The position numbers were made by a program, and so were the translations under genes. From an uncultured Planktomarina sp. (lineage in GTDB: Bacteria > Pseudomonadota > Alphaproteobacteria > Puniceispirillales > Marisalimonadaceae), in assembly GCA_905181795.1 (NCBI GenBank), contig CAJIZD010000005.1, forward strand, positions 7,721 through 71,720: 64,000 nt of DNA. The letters are read 5' to 3'. Shown in pieces: positions 31,161-40,343 of the stretch. The stretch's first letter is position 1. The number at the start of each line of letters is the position of its first letter. A model generated the notes under the pieces. The model had not been told where the DNA came from. It saw only the letters and a list, made by a program, of their open reading frames with translations, and made no database searches.

Positions 31161-31223
31161 TTATGTATTTTCCCAGATATAGCTACTTGGTTACCAAACT
31201 ATATTATGGGTGATGTGAAATGA
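31161..31223 (+). pseudogene. 3' remnant of a TRAP large permease (DctM/MatM-like C-terminus)
   Basis: Start-less frame LCIFPDIATWLPNYIMGDVK* whose TGA overlaps the ATG of malonyl-CoA decarboxylase. Confidence 0.55.
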
Positions 31224-32524
31224 GTAAAATGAAGTTTTTTCAAGAGTTGATTAATTCACTCTTTGATAAACCTATAAAAAGTAATTCATTCAATATTTTC
31301 CAAGATAAAAGTAAATCTATAACCACAAAAGATTATATCGAAAACGTAGCTTCAGCAAAAGGAGAGGTTTCTGCCTTAGGTTACGCTGAATTGCTAATGA
31401 AACATTGTGAAGAATTAAATGATAAAGAGTTGTTGAACTTTTTTAAGTTAATTAGGGATAATTTTGAAATAACTTCTGATGAATTATCTAATGCTATAGA
31501 AAAATATCAACTTGAAAAAAACTCTGAAAACCTAGTTCAATTGATGAAAGTTGCAGAACCTAAGCGACGTGAAATTTTCAGAAGATGCAACGGCATATCA
31601 AGGGGGACTATAAGGTTAGTTAACCTTAGAAAAAGGTTATTAGGTATTATAAGTAAACACCCAGAACTTAAAGCTGTAGATTATGATCTCGTTTATTTGT
31701 TTAAAAATTGGTTTAATAGGGGGTTCCTTATTTTAAGGCCTATAAATTGGGAAACACCAGCTCATATATTAGAAAAAATTATAGCTTATGAAGCTGTTCA
31801 TGAGATTAATTCATGGGATGAATTAAGATCACGTTTAGCTCCTAAAGATAGACGATGCTTTGCATTTTTTCATCCTGCAATGCAAGATGAACCGATCATA
31901 TTTGTTGAAGTTGCACTTATGAAAGAGGTGCCTTCTAAAATTCAAGATGTCCTTCAGGAGAAAAGAAATGTCTTTGAACCAGAAGAAACAACTGTGGCAG
32001 TTTTTTATTCTATCTCTAACTGTCAAAAAGGATTAGCAGGTATTTCTTTTGGTAATTTTTTAATTAAGCAAGTTGCCAATGATTTAAATCTAGAGTTTAA
32101 AAATCTCAAGAAATTTGTAACTCTATCTCCAGTACCTGGATTAAGAAAATGGATTAGTGATAAACACCCAAAATTTGCAAAGAGTTTAGAAAGATTAAAG
32201 CGACCTGAACAATTTTTGAAAGTTCATGACAATATGATGGAGTATGTTGGTAAGTATTTTTTGAGCACTGAAAGAACTGATAAAATGCCAAACGATCCAG
32301 TTGCAAGGTTTCATCTAGGTAATGGAGCATCCTTAGAGCAAATTAATTATTTAGGTGACTTATCTTCCAATGGGATAAATTTATCTGCCGGTTTAATGGT
32401 AAATTATCTTTATGATCTTGATAAAGTAGAAAAAAACCATGAATTATATACATCAGAAAAAAAAATAAATATTTCAAAAAATGCTAAAAAGGTATTATTA
32501 AAGTATACGAAAGAAACTCTCTAA
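31220..32524 (+). CDS. matA: malonyl-CoA decarboxylase
   Basis: WFNRGFL, YEAVHEI, DRRCFAFFHP, FYSISNCQ.GL.GISFGNFLIK, TLSPVPG and DPVARFHL.NGA motifs. Confidence 0.93.
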   Translation: MSKMKFFQELINSLFDKPIKSNSFNIFQDKSKSITTKDYIENVASAKGEVSALGYAELLMKHCEELNDKELLNFFKLIRDNFEITSDELSNAIEKYQLEKNSENLVQLMKVAEPKRREIFRRCNGISRGTIRLVNLRKRLLGIISKHPELKAVDYDLVYLFKNWFNRGFLILRPINWETPAHILEKIIAYEAVHEINSWDELRSRLAPKDRRCFAFFHPAMQDEPIIFVEVALMKEVPSKIQDVLQEKRNVFEPEETTVAVFYSISNCQKGLAGISFGNFLIKQVANDLNLEFKNLKKFVTLSPVPGLRKWISDKHPKFAKSLERLKRPEQFLKVHDNMMEYVGKYFLSTERTDKMPNDPVARFHLGNGASLEQINYLGDLSSNGINLSAGLMVNYLYDLDKVEKNHELYTSEKKINISKNAKKVLLKYTKETL

Positions 32525-32527
32525 TTT

Positions 32528-32935
32528 ATGTTTAAAAGGAAAAAAATGACTATTTTTAAATACTTTCTTGTTTTTTTATCCATCTCTTTGTTTTCTAGTA
32601 ACGTTTTGGCTAAAGAAACAAAATATAGTTGTAAACCTCAAAGTGCAGCTGCAGTAAGGTCCAATGGTATTCAAGTTTTTAAAATTTCTGGTAAAGAAAA
32701 ACCTGTTGAAATAACCATCAAAGATGGAGAAGGTCTGAACTCGGGACTTTTTATGGTAAATAATTCAAAATATGAAATTTTAGATTTAGGTACTGGCAAG
32801 GCATATGCTTTTGATAAGAATGAACCGTGGACACATATTCAAGATATATTTTTTCTAGATAATGATAACTTGTCATTCATTTTAGCTGCGAATGCATCTA
32901 TTACGAGATACATTTGTGAAGAAAAAACAAAATAA
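32528..32935 (+). CDS. hypothetical exported protein
   Basis: Signal peptide ending VLA, two Cys near the termini of the mature part. No family recognised. Confidence 0.6.
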   Translation: MFKRKKMTIFKYFLVFLSISLFSSNVLAKETKYSCKPQSAAAVRSNGIQVFKISGKEKPVEITIKDGEGLNSGLFMVNNSKYEILDLGTGKAYAFDKNEPWTHIQDIFFLDNDNLSFILAANASITRYICEEKTK

Positions 32936-32961
32936 AGCTGCATTTAAAATTTAGGCCTAAA

Positions 32962-33990
32962 ATGTTTAAACGTTCTCAATTAATGAAATTTTGTACATCT
33001 ATTTTTACATCTTTGGGAATGGATGATGAAAAAGCTAATGATACATCAGATATTTTGATAGAGGCTGATATGATGGGGCACTCTACTCATGGTGTTAGAC
33101 TACTTCCATTATATATAAAAGATATTGAAATGGGTAATATGAAAATCTCTGGTACAGAGGATGTCTTAAAAGATCTTGGTAGCTCTGTAACTCTGGATGG
33201 CAAACAATTGCCAGGTATATGGTTAACAAAAAAATCTTTAAAACTTGCATCAGATAGAGCAAAAAATCATGGTACAGCTACGGTTCTTATTAGAAATAGT
33301 CACCATAATGGAGCTTTAGCTGCGTATATGTTACCAATTGTTAAGAAAGGTTTGGTTGGAATAATTAAAAGCTCTGTTCCTTCAACTGCAACAGTTGCTC
33401 CATACGGTGGAACAAAAGCTTTACTCTCGCCAAATCCCATGGCCTTGGCTTACCCTACAAATAATAATCCTGTAATTATTGATATTAGCGCATCTATTAC
33501 TACTAATAATATGATAGCTGACAAAATTTCAAAAAATGAATTGTTTGATTTTAATTGTTTATTAACTTCCGATGGAACACCAACTAATGACCCTTTTGAA
33601 GTGCAAAATAAAAACGGAACTGTTATGCCAGTAGGTGGTCTTGAGTATGGGCATAAGGGTTTTGGTTTAGCACTTGGCATAGAAGCATTATCTCAAGGTT
33701 TATCAGGTTCCGGGAGAAGTAAAAAACCCAAATCAATGAATCTTTCAACTTTTGTTCAAGTTATTGACCCGGAAGCATTTTCTGGTTTAGAGGCCTTCAA
33801 AGAAGAAATGACTTTTCTTTCTCAACAATGTCTAAATAACGAACCTATTGATAAGAACAATAGAGTTCGAATGCCTGGAGAAAAAGCTTTGTTGAGGAGA
33901 AATGAATCTATTAAGAATGGTATATCATATAATCAAGAAGTTCTAAATACCTTAGAAAATCTTTCTGAAAAATTTAAAATAAATTTGTAA
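32962..33990 (+). CDS. Ldh_2 family oxidoreductase
   Basis: GHSTHG, NSHHNG, SPNP.A, GHKGFGL and RMPGE motifs. Confidence 0.85.
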   Translation: MFKRSQLMKFCTSIFTSLGMDDEKANDTSDILIEADMMGHSTHGVRLLPLYIKDIEMGNMKISGTEDVLKDLGSSVTLDGKQLPGIWLTKKSLKLASDRAKNHGTATVLIRNSHHNGALAAYMLPIVKKGLVGIIKSSVPSTATVAPYGGTKALLSPNPMALAYPTNNNPVIIDISASITTNNMIADKISKNELFDFNCLLTSDGTPTNDPFEVQNKNGTVMPVGGLEYGHKGFGLALGIEALSQGLSGSGRSKKPKSMNLSTFVQVIDPEAFSGLEAFKEEMTFLSQQCLNNEPIDKNNRVRMPGEKALLRRNESIKNGISYNQEVLNTLENLSEKFKINL

Positions 33991-34000
33991 ATAAACTGAC

Positions 34001-34450
34001 TTATCTGCCCCGCCACTCACTCACTTCCCCTAGTATATCTATGAGTGTTGATAATTTCTCTTCGCCATAACGTTTTTGAATAGCATTATATATCAATTCT
34101 ACATCTGGTGCTATTTTATTAAGTATCTCTTTACCTGCGCTGGTTAAGCTTAAGTTAACTCGTCTTCCATCTTTAGCATCGACAAATCGTGAAATATATT
34201 GGTCTTTTTCAAGCTTACCTATAATTCTTGAGAGACTTGGAGCTAATATGCAAGCGTCAAAAGCGACTTGCCCTGCATCAGAGTCTCCCTTTTCACCTAA
34301 CACCCTTAATACTCTCCATTGTTGTTCAGTGAAGCCATGTTTAGCTAAAACAGGTCTAAATGAGAGCATCATTGCTTCCCTAGCTCTTAACATGGCTATA
34401 GGTAGTGATTTACTGGTATCAGGATAAGTTTTGTTAACTTCTTTATTCAT
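34001..34450 (-). CDS. hpaR: MarR-family regulator, HpaR-like
   Basis: SLPIAMLRAREA.M..FRP.L..HG.TEQQWRVLR and CIL.PSLSRI are typical of HpaR. Confidence 0.8.
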   Translation of the reverse strand: MNKEVNKTYPDTSKSLPIAMLRAREAMMLSFRPVLAKHGFTEQQWRVLRVLGEKGDSDAGQVAFDACILAPSLSRIIGKLEKDQYISRFVDAKDGRRVNLSLTSAGKEILNKIAPDVELIYNAIQKRYGEEKLSTLIDILGEVSEWRGR

Positions 34451-34715
34451 TTAAAAGCCCCCACTTTTTCTCGCACATTAAAGAAAAGATTTAATTAATA
34501 AAGGTTATAAAACTTAACATATTAAATATTAGCATGTTTTAAATAAATTTTTAATATATTCAACACTAAAGTGACTAATTTTTTGATCAAATAAGAATAA
34601 TGGATAGACTAAATCATATTATATGATTTGTATTTAATAATTGAAGTTAGATAATTTTTAATATGAAATAATAAAATATAAACATTGTTAAAAAATAAAA
34701 TTAAGGTCTTAAATC

Positions 34716-35501
34716 ATGAAAAATATTGCAAAAGATAAAATTTTAAATAATGAGCTTTGTCTTGGAGTTGGCTTAAGGCAAACCAGAACAGTAGATATAG
34801 GTAAAATCATGGCTACTTGTGATTATGACTGGTTATTTATTGATATGGAGCATAATAGCATGGATATTGACATTGCTTCACAAATTTCTGTTGCCGCTCA
34901 GGATGCAGGAATAACTCCTATCGTCAGGGTTCCAGATTTTGCTCATCATCATGCTACAAGAGTACTTGATTGTGGTGCAATGGGAATAGTTTTTCCTCAT
35001 GTTGAAAATGCAGATATTACTAAAAAACTTGTATCCTTTTGTTTATTTCCTCCTAAAGGTCACCGTTCTATGACAGGTTCTTTGCCTCAATTAAATTTTA
35101 AATCAATGCCAATTTCAGAAGTCGCAACTACTATTAATGACAATATGCTTATTGTTGTAATGTTGGAGAGTCCTGAAGCTATTGAAAATGTTGATGAAAT
35201 AGCGGCAGTTTCAGGTGTTGACGTAATACTGATAGGCACGAACGATTTATGCATGGAAATGGGGATTCCAGGAGAATATTCGAATCCTAAAATAAAAGAA
35301 GCTTATACGAAGGTTATTAAAGCTTGTGAAAAATACAATAAAACTCCTGGAATGGGAGGTGTTTATGACGAAGAGTTAATGTCTGAATATATTGGAATGG
35401 GAATGAAATTCATATTGTCTGGATCTGATCTCTCATTTATGATGAATTCAGCAAAACAAAGATCTCAAAATTTAAGATCTTTTCTTAAAAGTAACAAATG
35501 A
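34716..35501 (+). CDS. HpcH/HpaI-family class II aldolase
   Basis: WLFIDMEH, PIVRVP, PPKGHRS, MLES and IGTNDL motifs. Confidence 0.85.
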   Translation: MKNIAKDKILNNELCLGVGLRQTRTVDIGKIMATCDYDWLFIDMEHNSMDIDIASQISVAAQDAGITPIVRVPDFAHHHATRVLDCGAMGIVFPHVENADITKKLVSFCLFPPKGHRSMTGSLPQLNFKSMPISEVATTINDNMLIVVMLESPEAIENVDEIAAVSGVDVILIGTNDLCMEMGIPGEYSNPKIKEAYTKVIKACEKYNKTPGMGGVYDEELMSEYIGMGMKFILSGSDLSFMMNSAKQRSQNLRSFLKSNK

Positions 35502-35521
35502 TTATATCTGGAGTTTAAATA

Positions 35522-36658
35522 ATGAGTAACGTAGCTTTGTTCGACCCTATTACTATTAAATCTAAAGTATTTAGAAATAGGATAGTTTTGTCGCCTATGT
35601 GTCAATATAAAGCTGTTGATGGATTGGTAAGTGATTGGCACTTCCAACATTATTCAAGATTTGCTTTTTCAGGACTTGGTGCTGCCTTTATTGAAGCAAC
35701 CGGTGTTTCTTCTGAAGGAAGAATTGGTCATGGTTGCACTGGGATATGGAGTGACGAACATGTCCAAGGCTTGTCCAAAATTGTCAAAGTTTTTAAAGAG
35801 TATAATTGTGTAAGTGGGATTCAATTAGCACATGCTGGAAGGAAAGCTAGTTTTTTAAGGCCTTGGGATGGAGCCTCACCTATTACAAAAGAAGCTTCTG
35901 ACGAACCTGCATGGCAAACAATTGGCCCAAGTGCAATCCCAATAAATGATAGCTCACCAATACCTAAAGAAATGACAATTGAAGATATTAAAAAAGTAAA
36001 AAGTGATTTTAAAAAAGCAGCCCAAAGGGCAGATAAGGCTGGATTTGAAATAATAGAAATTCATGGGGCGCATGGATATTTGTTGCATTCTTTTTTCTCA
36101 CCCATCTCTAATAAAAGAAATGACAAGTATGGAGGTAGTTTTGAAAATAGAACAAGGTTTGCATTAGAAACCGTTGCTGAAATCAAATCAGTTTGGCCTG
36201 AAAATAAACCTATATTTTTTAGGATTTCGTCTGTGGATGCACCGGGAGAAGGTGCTACCATTGAAGATAACGTCAAATTTGCTAAAGCACTCAAACTTGC
36301 AGGTGTAGATGTTATAGATTGTTCTTCAGGAGGTATAACTGGTTCACCTATATTGAATAAATCAAAAATTATTCCAGGGTTCCAAGTTCCTTATTCTGAG
36401 AAAATTAAAAATGAAGCAGAGATAAGTTCTATGGCAGTTGGAGCCATTATAAATCCAGATCAGGCTAATGATATTATATTAAATAAAAGAGCAGATTTTG
36501 TTGCTTTAGGTCGAGAATTACTTGCTGATACTCAATGGGTGTATAAAGCAGCCACCTTTTTTAATTTAGAAAATGCCAAATCATTTCTTCCAGATAGTTA
36601 TTCGTTTTACTTATCAAGAAGAGATGACTTTTTAGATAGATCGGCAAAACCTGCTTAG
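35522..36658 (+). CDS. NADH:flavin oxidoreductase (old yellow enzyme, YqjM-like)
   Basis: SPMCQY, QLAHAGRKAS, EIHGAHGYL and YGGSFENR motifs. Confidence 0.9.
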   Translation: MSNVALFDPITIKSKVFRNRIVLSPMCQYKAVDGLVSDWHFQHYSRFAFSGLGAAFIEATGVSSEGRIGHGCTGIWSDEHVQGLSKIVKVFKEYNCVSGIQLAHAGRKASFLRPWDGASPITKEASDEPAWQTIGPSAIPINDSSPIPKEMTIEDIKKVKSDFKKAAQRADKAGFEIIEIHGAHGYLLHSFFSPISNKRNDKYGGSFENRTRFALETVAEIKSVWPENKPIFFRISSVDAPGEGATIEDNVKFAKALKLAGVDVIDCSSGGITGSPILNKSKIIPGFQVPYSEKIKNEAEISSMAVGAIINPDQANDIILNKRADFVALGRELLADTQWVYKAATFFNLENAKSFLPDSYSFYLSRRDDFLDRSAKPA

Positions 36659-36665
36659 AAAAAAA

Positions 36666-36992
36666 TTAACTTGTTTTAAGCTCATAAAAGTCAACTGGCT
36701 TTAATAGTTTATTTTCTTGAGACTCTAGAGCTCCTAATTTAGCGCTTTCTTGAGTGTAATTAATCCAGTCTGGGTCTGACCACATAGCAGCTCTTTTAGT
36801 TTCTCTATCACCGGCATTTTTATAAACCCAAATATGAGTGTATTCATTTGGATTTCCTGTTTCAGTAGTGGCAAAAAGTAAAGGATTTCCCAAATGTTTT
36901 GACTGGGCTGGTTTTCCTAAATCACTGTATAATTTAAGATGTGACTTTATAGTTCCTGGTTTGCATCTATATGTTCTAACGTCTAAAAGCAT
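36666..36992 (-). CDS. NIPSNAP family protein
   Basis: D.RTY...PG and HIWVY....DR...RAAMW.DP.W motifs. Confidence 0.85.
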   Translation of the reverse strand: MLLDVRTYRCKPGTIKSHLKLYSDLGKPAQSKHLGNPLLFATTETGNPNEYTHIWVYKNAGDRETKRAAMWSDPDWINYTQESAKLGALESQENKLLKPVDFYELKTS

Positions 36993-37086
36993 GACATTTC
37001 CTTATAATAATTAAAATATTTAAATATTAACTTTATTGTATAAGAATGTAAAAAGATATTAGATATTAGAAACATAAGGTAAAAAT

Positions 37087-37374
37087 ATGAATATTGGAGA
37101 AAAAATTAACACAACAGAAAGGTTAGTTATTGATTCTTCGAGGGTTAGTCGTTATTTAGGTTATCCAAGGAAAGTTCCAATTTGGAAAATAAGCTTTAAA
37201 TTACCAAAAAATTGTTATCTTTTTCGAACCAAAGACAATTCTGATATAGCATTAGAAATAGAAAGTATGGAAGGTTTTGCAATTATTCCTTCCCTTTCTA
37301 AAGAGGAATCTATTAGACGTTTGAAAACATTAATCCCCTCAGCTGATTTAAAGGGTGAGATAAATAGAGTATGA
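37087..37374 (+). CDS. hypothetical protein
   Basis: 95-aa ORF with SD (AAGG). Stop overlaps the next start (ATGA). Confidence 0.6.
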   Translation: MNIGEKINTTERLVIDSSRVSRYLGYPRKVPIWKISFKLPKNCYLFRTKDNSDIALEIESMEGFAIIPSLSKEESIRRLKTLIPSADLKGEINRV

Positions 37375-37805
37375 AAAAAATTTATGTTGATGCAGATGCT
37401 TGTCCTGTAAAAGAAGAAATAATAAGAGTTGCTAATCGTCACAAATTGAATGTTTTAATGGTGTGCAATGGAGGTATAAGGCCTTTTAAAAGTGACTTAG
37501 TAAAGCTTATTATTGTTTCAGAAGGCTCAGACGAAGCTGACAAGTGGATATATGACCAAGTAAGTAAAGATGATATAGTTATAACGGCTGATATTCCTTT
37601 AGCAGCTAAGTGCATCGCTAAAGAAGCTGTCGTATTAAAGCACGATGGTAATTTTTTAACTGAAAATAATATTGGTAATGTATTAGCTACAAGGGACTTA
37701 ATGTCAGATTTACGATCATCCGATCCTTTTTTAAAAGGGAAAAACAAGCCTTATTCTAAAGCAGATAGAAGTAAATTTTTAACTTCGTTAGAAAATTTAA
37801 TTTGA
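37371..37805 (+). CDS. YaiI/YqxD family (UPF0178) protein
   Basis: IYVDADACPVK, D.AD.WI and VITADIPLA motifs. Confidence 0.9.
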   Translation: MKKIYVDADACPVKEEIIRVANRHKLNVLMVCNGGIRPFKSDLVKLIIVSEGSDEADKWIYDQVSKDDIVITADIPLAAKCIAKEAVVLKHDGNFLTENNIGNVLATRDLMSDLRSSDPFLKGKNKPYSKADRSKFLTSLENLI

Positions 37806-37875
37806 TTATATTATTGTGGTTACAAATATTTATTCCATAAAATTTTATATATTTTTGGGTGATATTACTTTTTAT

Positions 37876-38050
37876 TTGCAAAACTATAAAATTTAGCATA
37901 TACGAGAGTTAATTATCTAAGCCTGTAAAGGCAGTCAGTTTTCTGACTAATACGATCGACTTCCTTGGTCATTTAATGTTCAATCTAGTCTGGCGTGTTT
38001 TGATTGAACAACTACGCTTATGAAAATAAGTTAATAACAAGGAGCAAAGA
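37876..38050 (+). promoter_or_regulatory. sigma70-like promoter and long structured 5' UTR of the cold-shock gene
   Basis: TTGCAA-17 bp-TATACG (37876-37904). Hairpins at 37921-37932 (GTAA loop), 37933-37948 and 37977-38010. Confidence 0.5.
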
Positions 38051-38257
38051 ATGCCTAACGGTACAGTAAAATGGTTTAATCCAAATAAAGGTTTTGGCTT
38101 TATAGAGCCAGAAGGTGGATCTCAAGATGTTTTCGTTCATATATCTGCAGTGGAAGCTGCTGGTATGAATACATTAAATGACGGAGCGAAAGTAAGTTTT
38201 GAGCTTGAAACTGGTAAAAATGGAAAAGTAGCTGCAGTTAATCTTCAGTCTGTTTAA
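38051..38257 (+). CDS. cold-shock protein (CspA family)
   Basis: GTVKWFN, KGFGFI and DVFVHIS motifs. Confidence 0.95.
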   Translation: MPNGTVKWFNPNKGFGFIEPEGGSQDVFVHISAVEAAGMNTLNDGAKVSFELETGKNGKVAAVNLQSV

Positions 38258-38280
38258 ACTGTTTTAAAATAATATTTAAT

Positions 38281-38305
38281 AAAAGGGCCATTGGCCCTTT
38301 TTTTT
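38281..38305 (+). terminator. intrinsic terminator of the csp gene
   Basis: AAAAGGGCCA-T-TGGCCCTTTT inverted repeat with a long T tail. Confidence 0.8.
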
Positions 38306-38387
38306 ATTTTAAAATTATTTAAAAGAAGACTAAATTAAGAATAATATTTTTCTATAAAGTAATATATTGGAAGTGGAGGTAGTGATT

Positions 38388-38960
38388 ATGAAAACACTAA
38401 AATTAACTGAAGAATATATGGAAAAAAGGGTTTCTAGATTTTTAAATTTAGAACCATTGCCAATACAAATAGATAAAAATATTCCTCAAGCAGGTAAAGA
38501 TATTGTTTATGCCAGACAGTTACTTTCTGTGATTGGTTTAGATCCATCAGAAGGTAAAACGCCAATTAATTCTGGTGCGCCTATTACTGGGGCTGGAGGA
38601 ATTACAATAACTTTAGCTAGATGTCCTGTTGGTCAAGGCCCAGGATTACATAACCATTTGTCAACTTTTGAAACTTTTACAGTTTTAGAAGGAGAATTTT
38701 TAATCAAGTGGAATGATGATGGTTCAGAAGAGTTAAAAATCCAAAAATATGACACTATTTCAATACCGCCTGGTGTTTGTAGATCATTTACTAACGTTGG
38801 TAAAGAAGAGGGTCTTTTGCAAGTAATTATATCTGGTGGTGTTCATGATATGAACGATATTGCTTTTACGCCATATGCTGCAAAAGAAATGAACGACATA
38901 GAACCAAATTTGTCTAAGAAGTTTGAAAATATTGGTTTTAAATTTGATGCTGGTGTATGA
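38388..38960 (+). CDS. cupin domain protein
   Basis: GPGLHNH..TFETF.VLEG and ISIPPGVCRSF motifs. SD GGAGG. Confidence 0.8.
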   Translation: MKTLKLTEEYMEKRVSRFLNLEPLPIQIDKNIPQAGKDIVYARQLLSVIGLDPSEGKTPINSGAPITGAGGITITLARCPVGQGPGLHNHLSTFETFTVLEGEFLIKWNDDGSEELKIQKYDTISIPPGVCRSFTNVGKEEGLLQVIISGGVHDMNDIAFTPYAAKEMNDIEPNLSKKFENIGFKFDAGV

Positions 38961-38997
38961 ATTATTTAACTAAGGATTTAAAAAATATTAATTAATT

Positions 38998-39879
38998 TTA
39001 TTTTGTTTTTATTCGAGTAATTATAATTCCTGCTAATATAATTAAGAATGCACCTAAGATGGTATTATCATCAGGTATTTCGTCATAAATAAAAAAACCC
39101 CAAAATGCTGCTAATAATACTGTTAAATATACAAAAGGAGCTGCAAAAGACGCGTTTATAACTTTCAATGCCTCTATAAAAAAGAAATGACCAATTGTTG
39201 CTAATGAACCCAAACAGAACATTAGAGCAAGTTGATTGAAATTAGGTGTTTCCCAATAAAAGAAAATAAAGGGTAAAGATAAAACGCTTCCACTGACGGC
39301 TGTAAATAAAAGTGTTGTTTGATTACTGTCTGAAGTATTTAGGAATTTTGTAAAAATTGTAAAAAAAGCAAAGCACGTAGCAGCTAAAAAAGGGAAAATT
39401 ACTGCATAATTAAAAACATTACTATTAGGTTTACTTATAATAATGGCTCCAATTAGTCCCACTATTACTATAATAACTTGAGTGAGTGTTATTTTTTCTT
39501 TTAATATAAAAAAAGCAAGTATTGTCGTTATTACTGGGCCTATCATATAAATCGCAATATTTTCAGCAAATGGCAAATAAGCTAGGCCTGAAAACATAAA
39601 ACATGTGGTTATAAGAAGTAGTGCTCCTCTTAAGACCTGTAATAATGGAAATTCACTTTTTAAATGCTTGCCTGTCTTCTTATTAAAGATAATTAATAAT
39701 AATATTAATTGTGAGCTATATCTTGCAAACACAACTTGAAATGGATTGAAGCTCTGTCCCAGTTCTTTAGCGGTTAATTCCATTATTGAGAAAAATAGAT
39801 AAGTACTTATTAGTAATAAGGTTCCAATAAGAGAATTGGATAGATTTAAATCTAAAAGTTTTTTTACTACACTAATCAT
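38998..39879 (-). CDS. DMT/EamA family transporter
   Basis: About 10 TM segments, LKEK motif, APFVY..V..A..WG. Confidence 0.85.
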   Translation of the reverse strand: MISVVKKLLDLNLSNSLIGTLLLISTYLFFSIMELTAKELGQSFNPFQVVFARYSSQLILLLIIFNKKTGKHLKSEFPLLQVLRGALLLITTCFMFSGLAYLPFAENIAIYMIGPVITTILAFFILKEKITLTQVIIVIVGLIGAIIISKPNSNVFNYAVIFPFLAATCFAFFTIFTKFLNTSDSNQTTLLFTAVSGSVLSLPFIFFYWETPNFNQLALMFCLGSLATIGHFFFIEALKVINASFAAPFVYLTVLLAAFWGFFIYDEIPDDNTILGAFLIILAGIIITRIKTK

Positions 39880-39941
39880 TGCTTAACATATTAATCAATC
39901 TTCTATAATGCAATTTAAAAATTCAAATCATACCTTATCAA

Positions 39942-40080
39942 ATAAAAAGGACGAAGGATGGGGGTCCTTCGTCCTTTGTTTATCAGATGACATAATAGCT
40001 ACCTTTGGGGAGGAATATGAGCTTTATGTTATGTCACCATCTTTATTAATATTCGAGGGAGGAATTACGAATATTAATTG
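39942..40080 (-). ncRNA. three-hairpin anti-SD sRNA, cuckoo/alpha-r14/CcsR-like, in the 3' region of the DUF1127 gene
   Basis: Minus-strand hairpins with C-rich loops: 40045-40078 (loop UAAUUCCUCCCU), 39988-40036 (loop containing UUCCUCCCC) and 39946-39977 (13-bp stem, loop CCCCCA, U tail acting as terminator). Confidence 0.75.
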
Positions 40081-40088
40081 TTAAATCT

Positions 40089-40343
40089 TTAAGCGGCTTC
40101 TTTGTCTTCTACTTTATTGTCTTGCTTAACAGTCTTTGTTAGACCTAAGCTACCTGCTGGGAAGTCTACAACGTCAGTTACGTTAAAGAAGTCACCATTT
40201 AATACTTGCTGTCTTGTGAAACCAATATCAGCTAATGTACGGTCATCTAAGCTTATTAAAGCTTGTCTAGTTCTTGATACTGCAATCTTGTCAAAAACAG
40301 TTGAGATAAATTGATTGGCTCTTGCTAAAAATGTATTTTCCAT
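40089..40343 (-). CDS. DUF1127 (YjiS-like) small protein
   Basis: SRTRQALISLDDRTLADIGFTR signature. Confidence 0.88.
   Translation of the reverse strand: MENTFLARANQFISTVFDKIAVSRTRQALISLDDRTLADIGFTRQQVLNGDFFNVTDVVDFPAGSLGLTKTVKQDNKVEDKEAA

Noticed and set aside
39942-40080. CRISPR array or REP-type repeats
   Set aside because: The stems differ in sequence and only the loops recur. There is no repeat-spacer periodicity and no cas gene.
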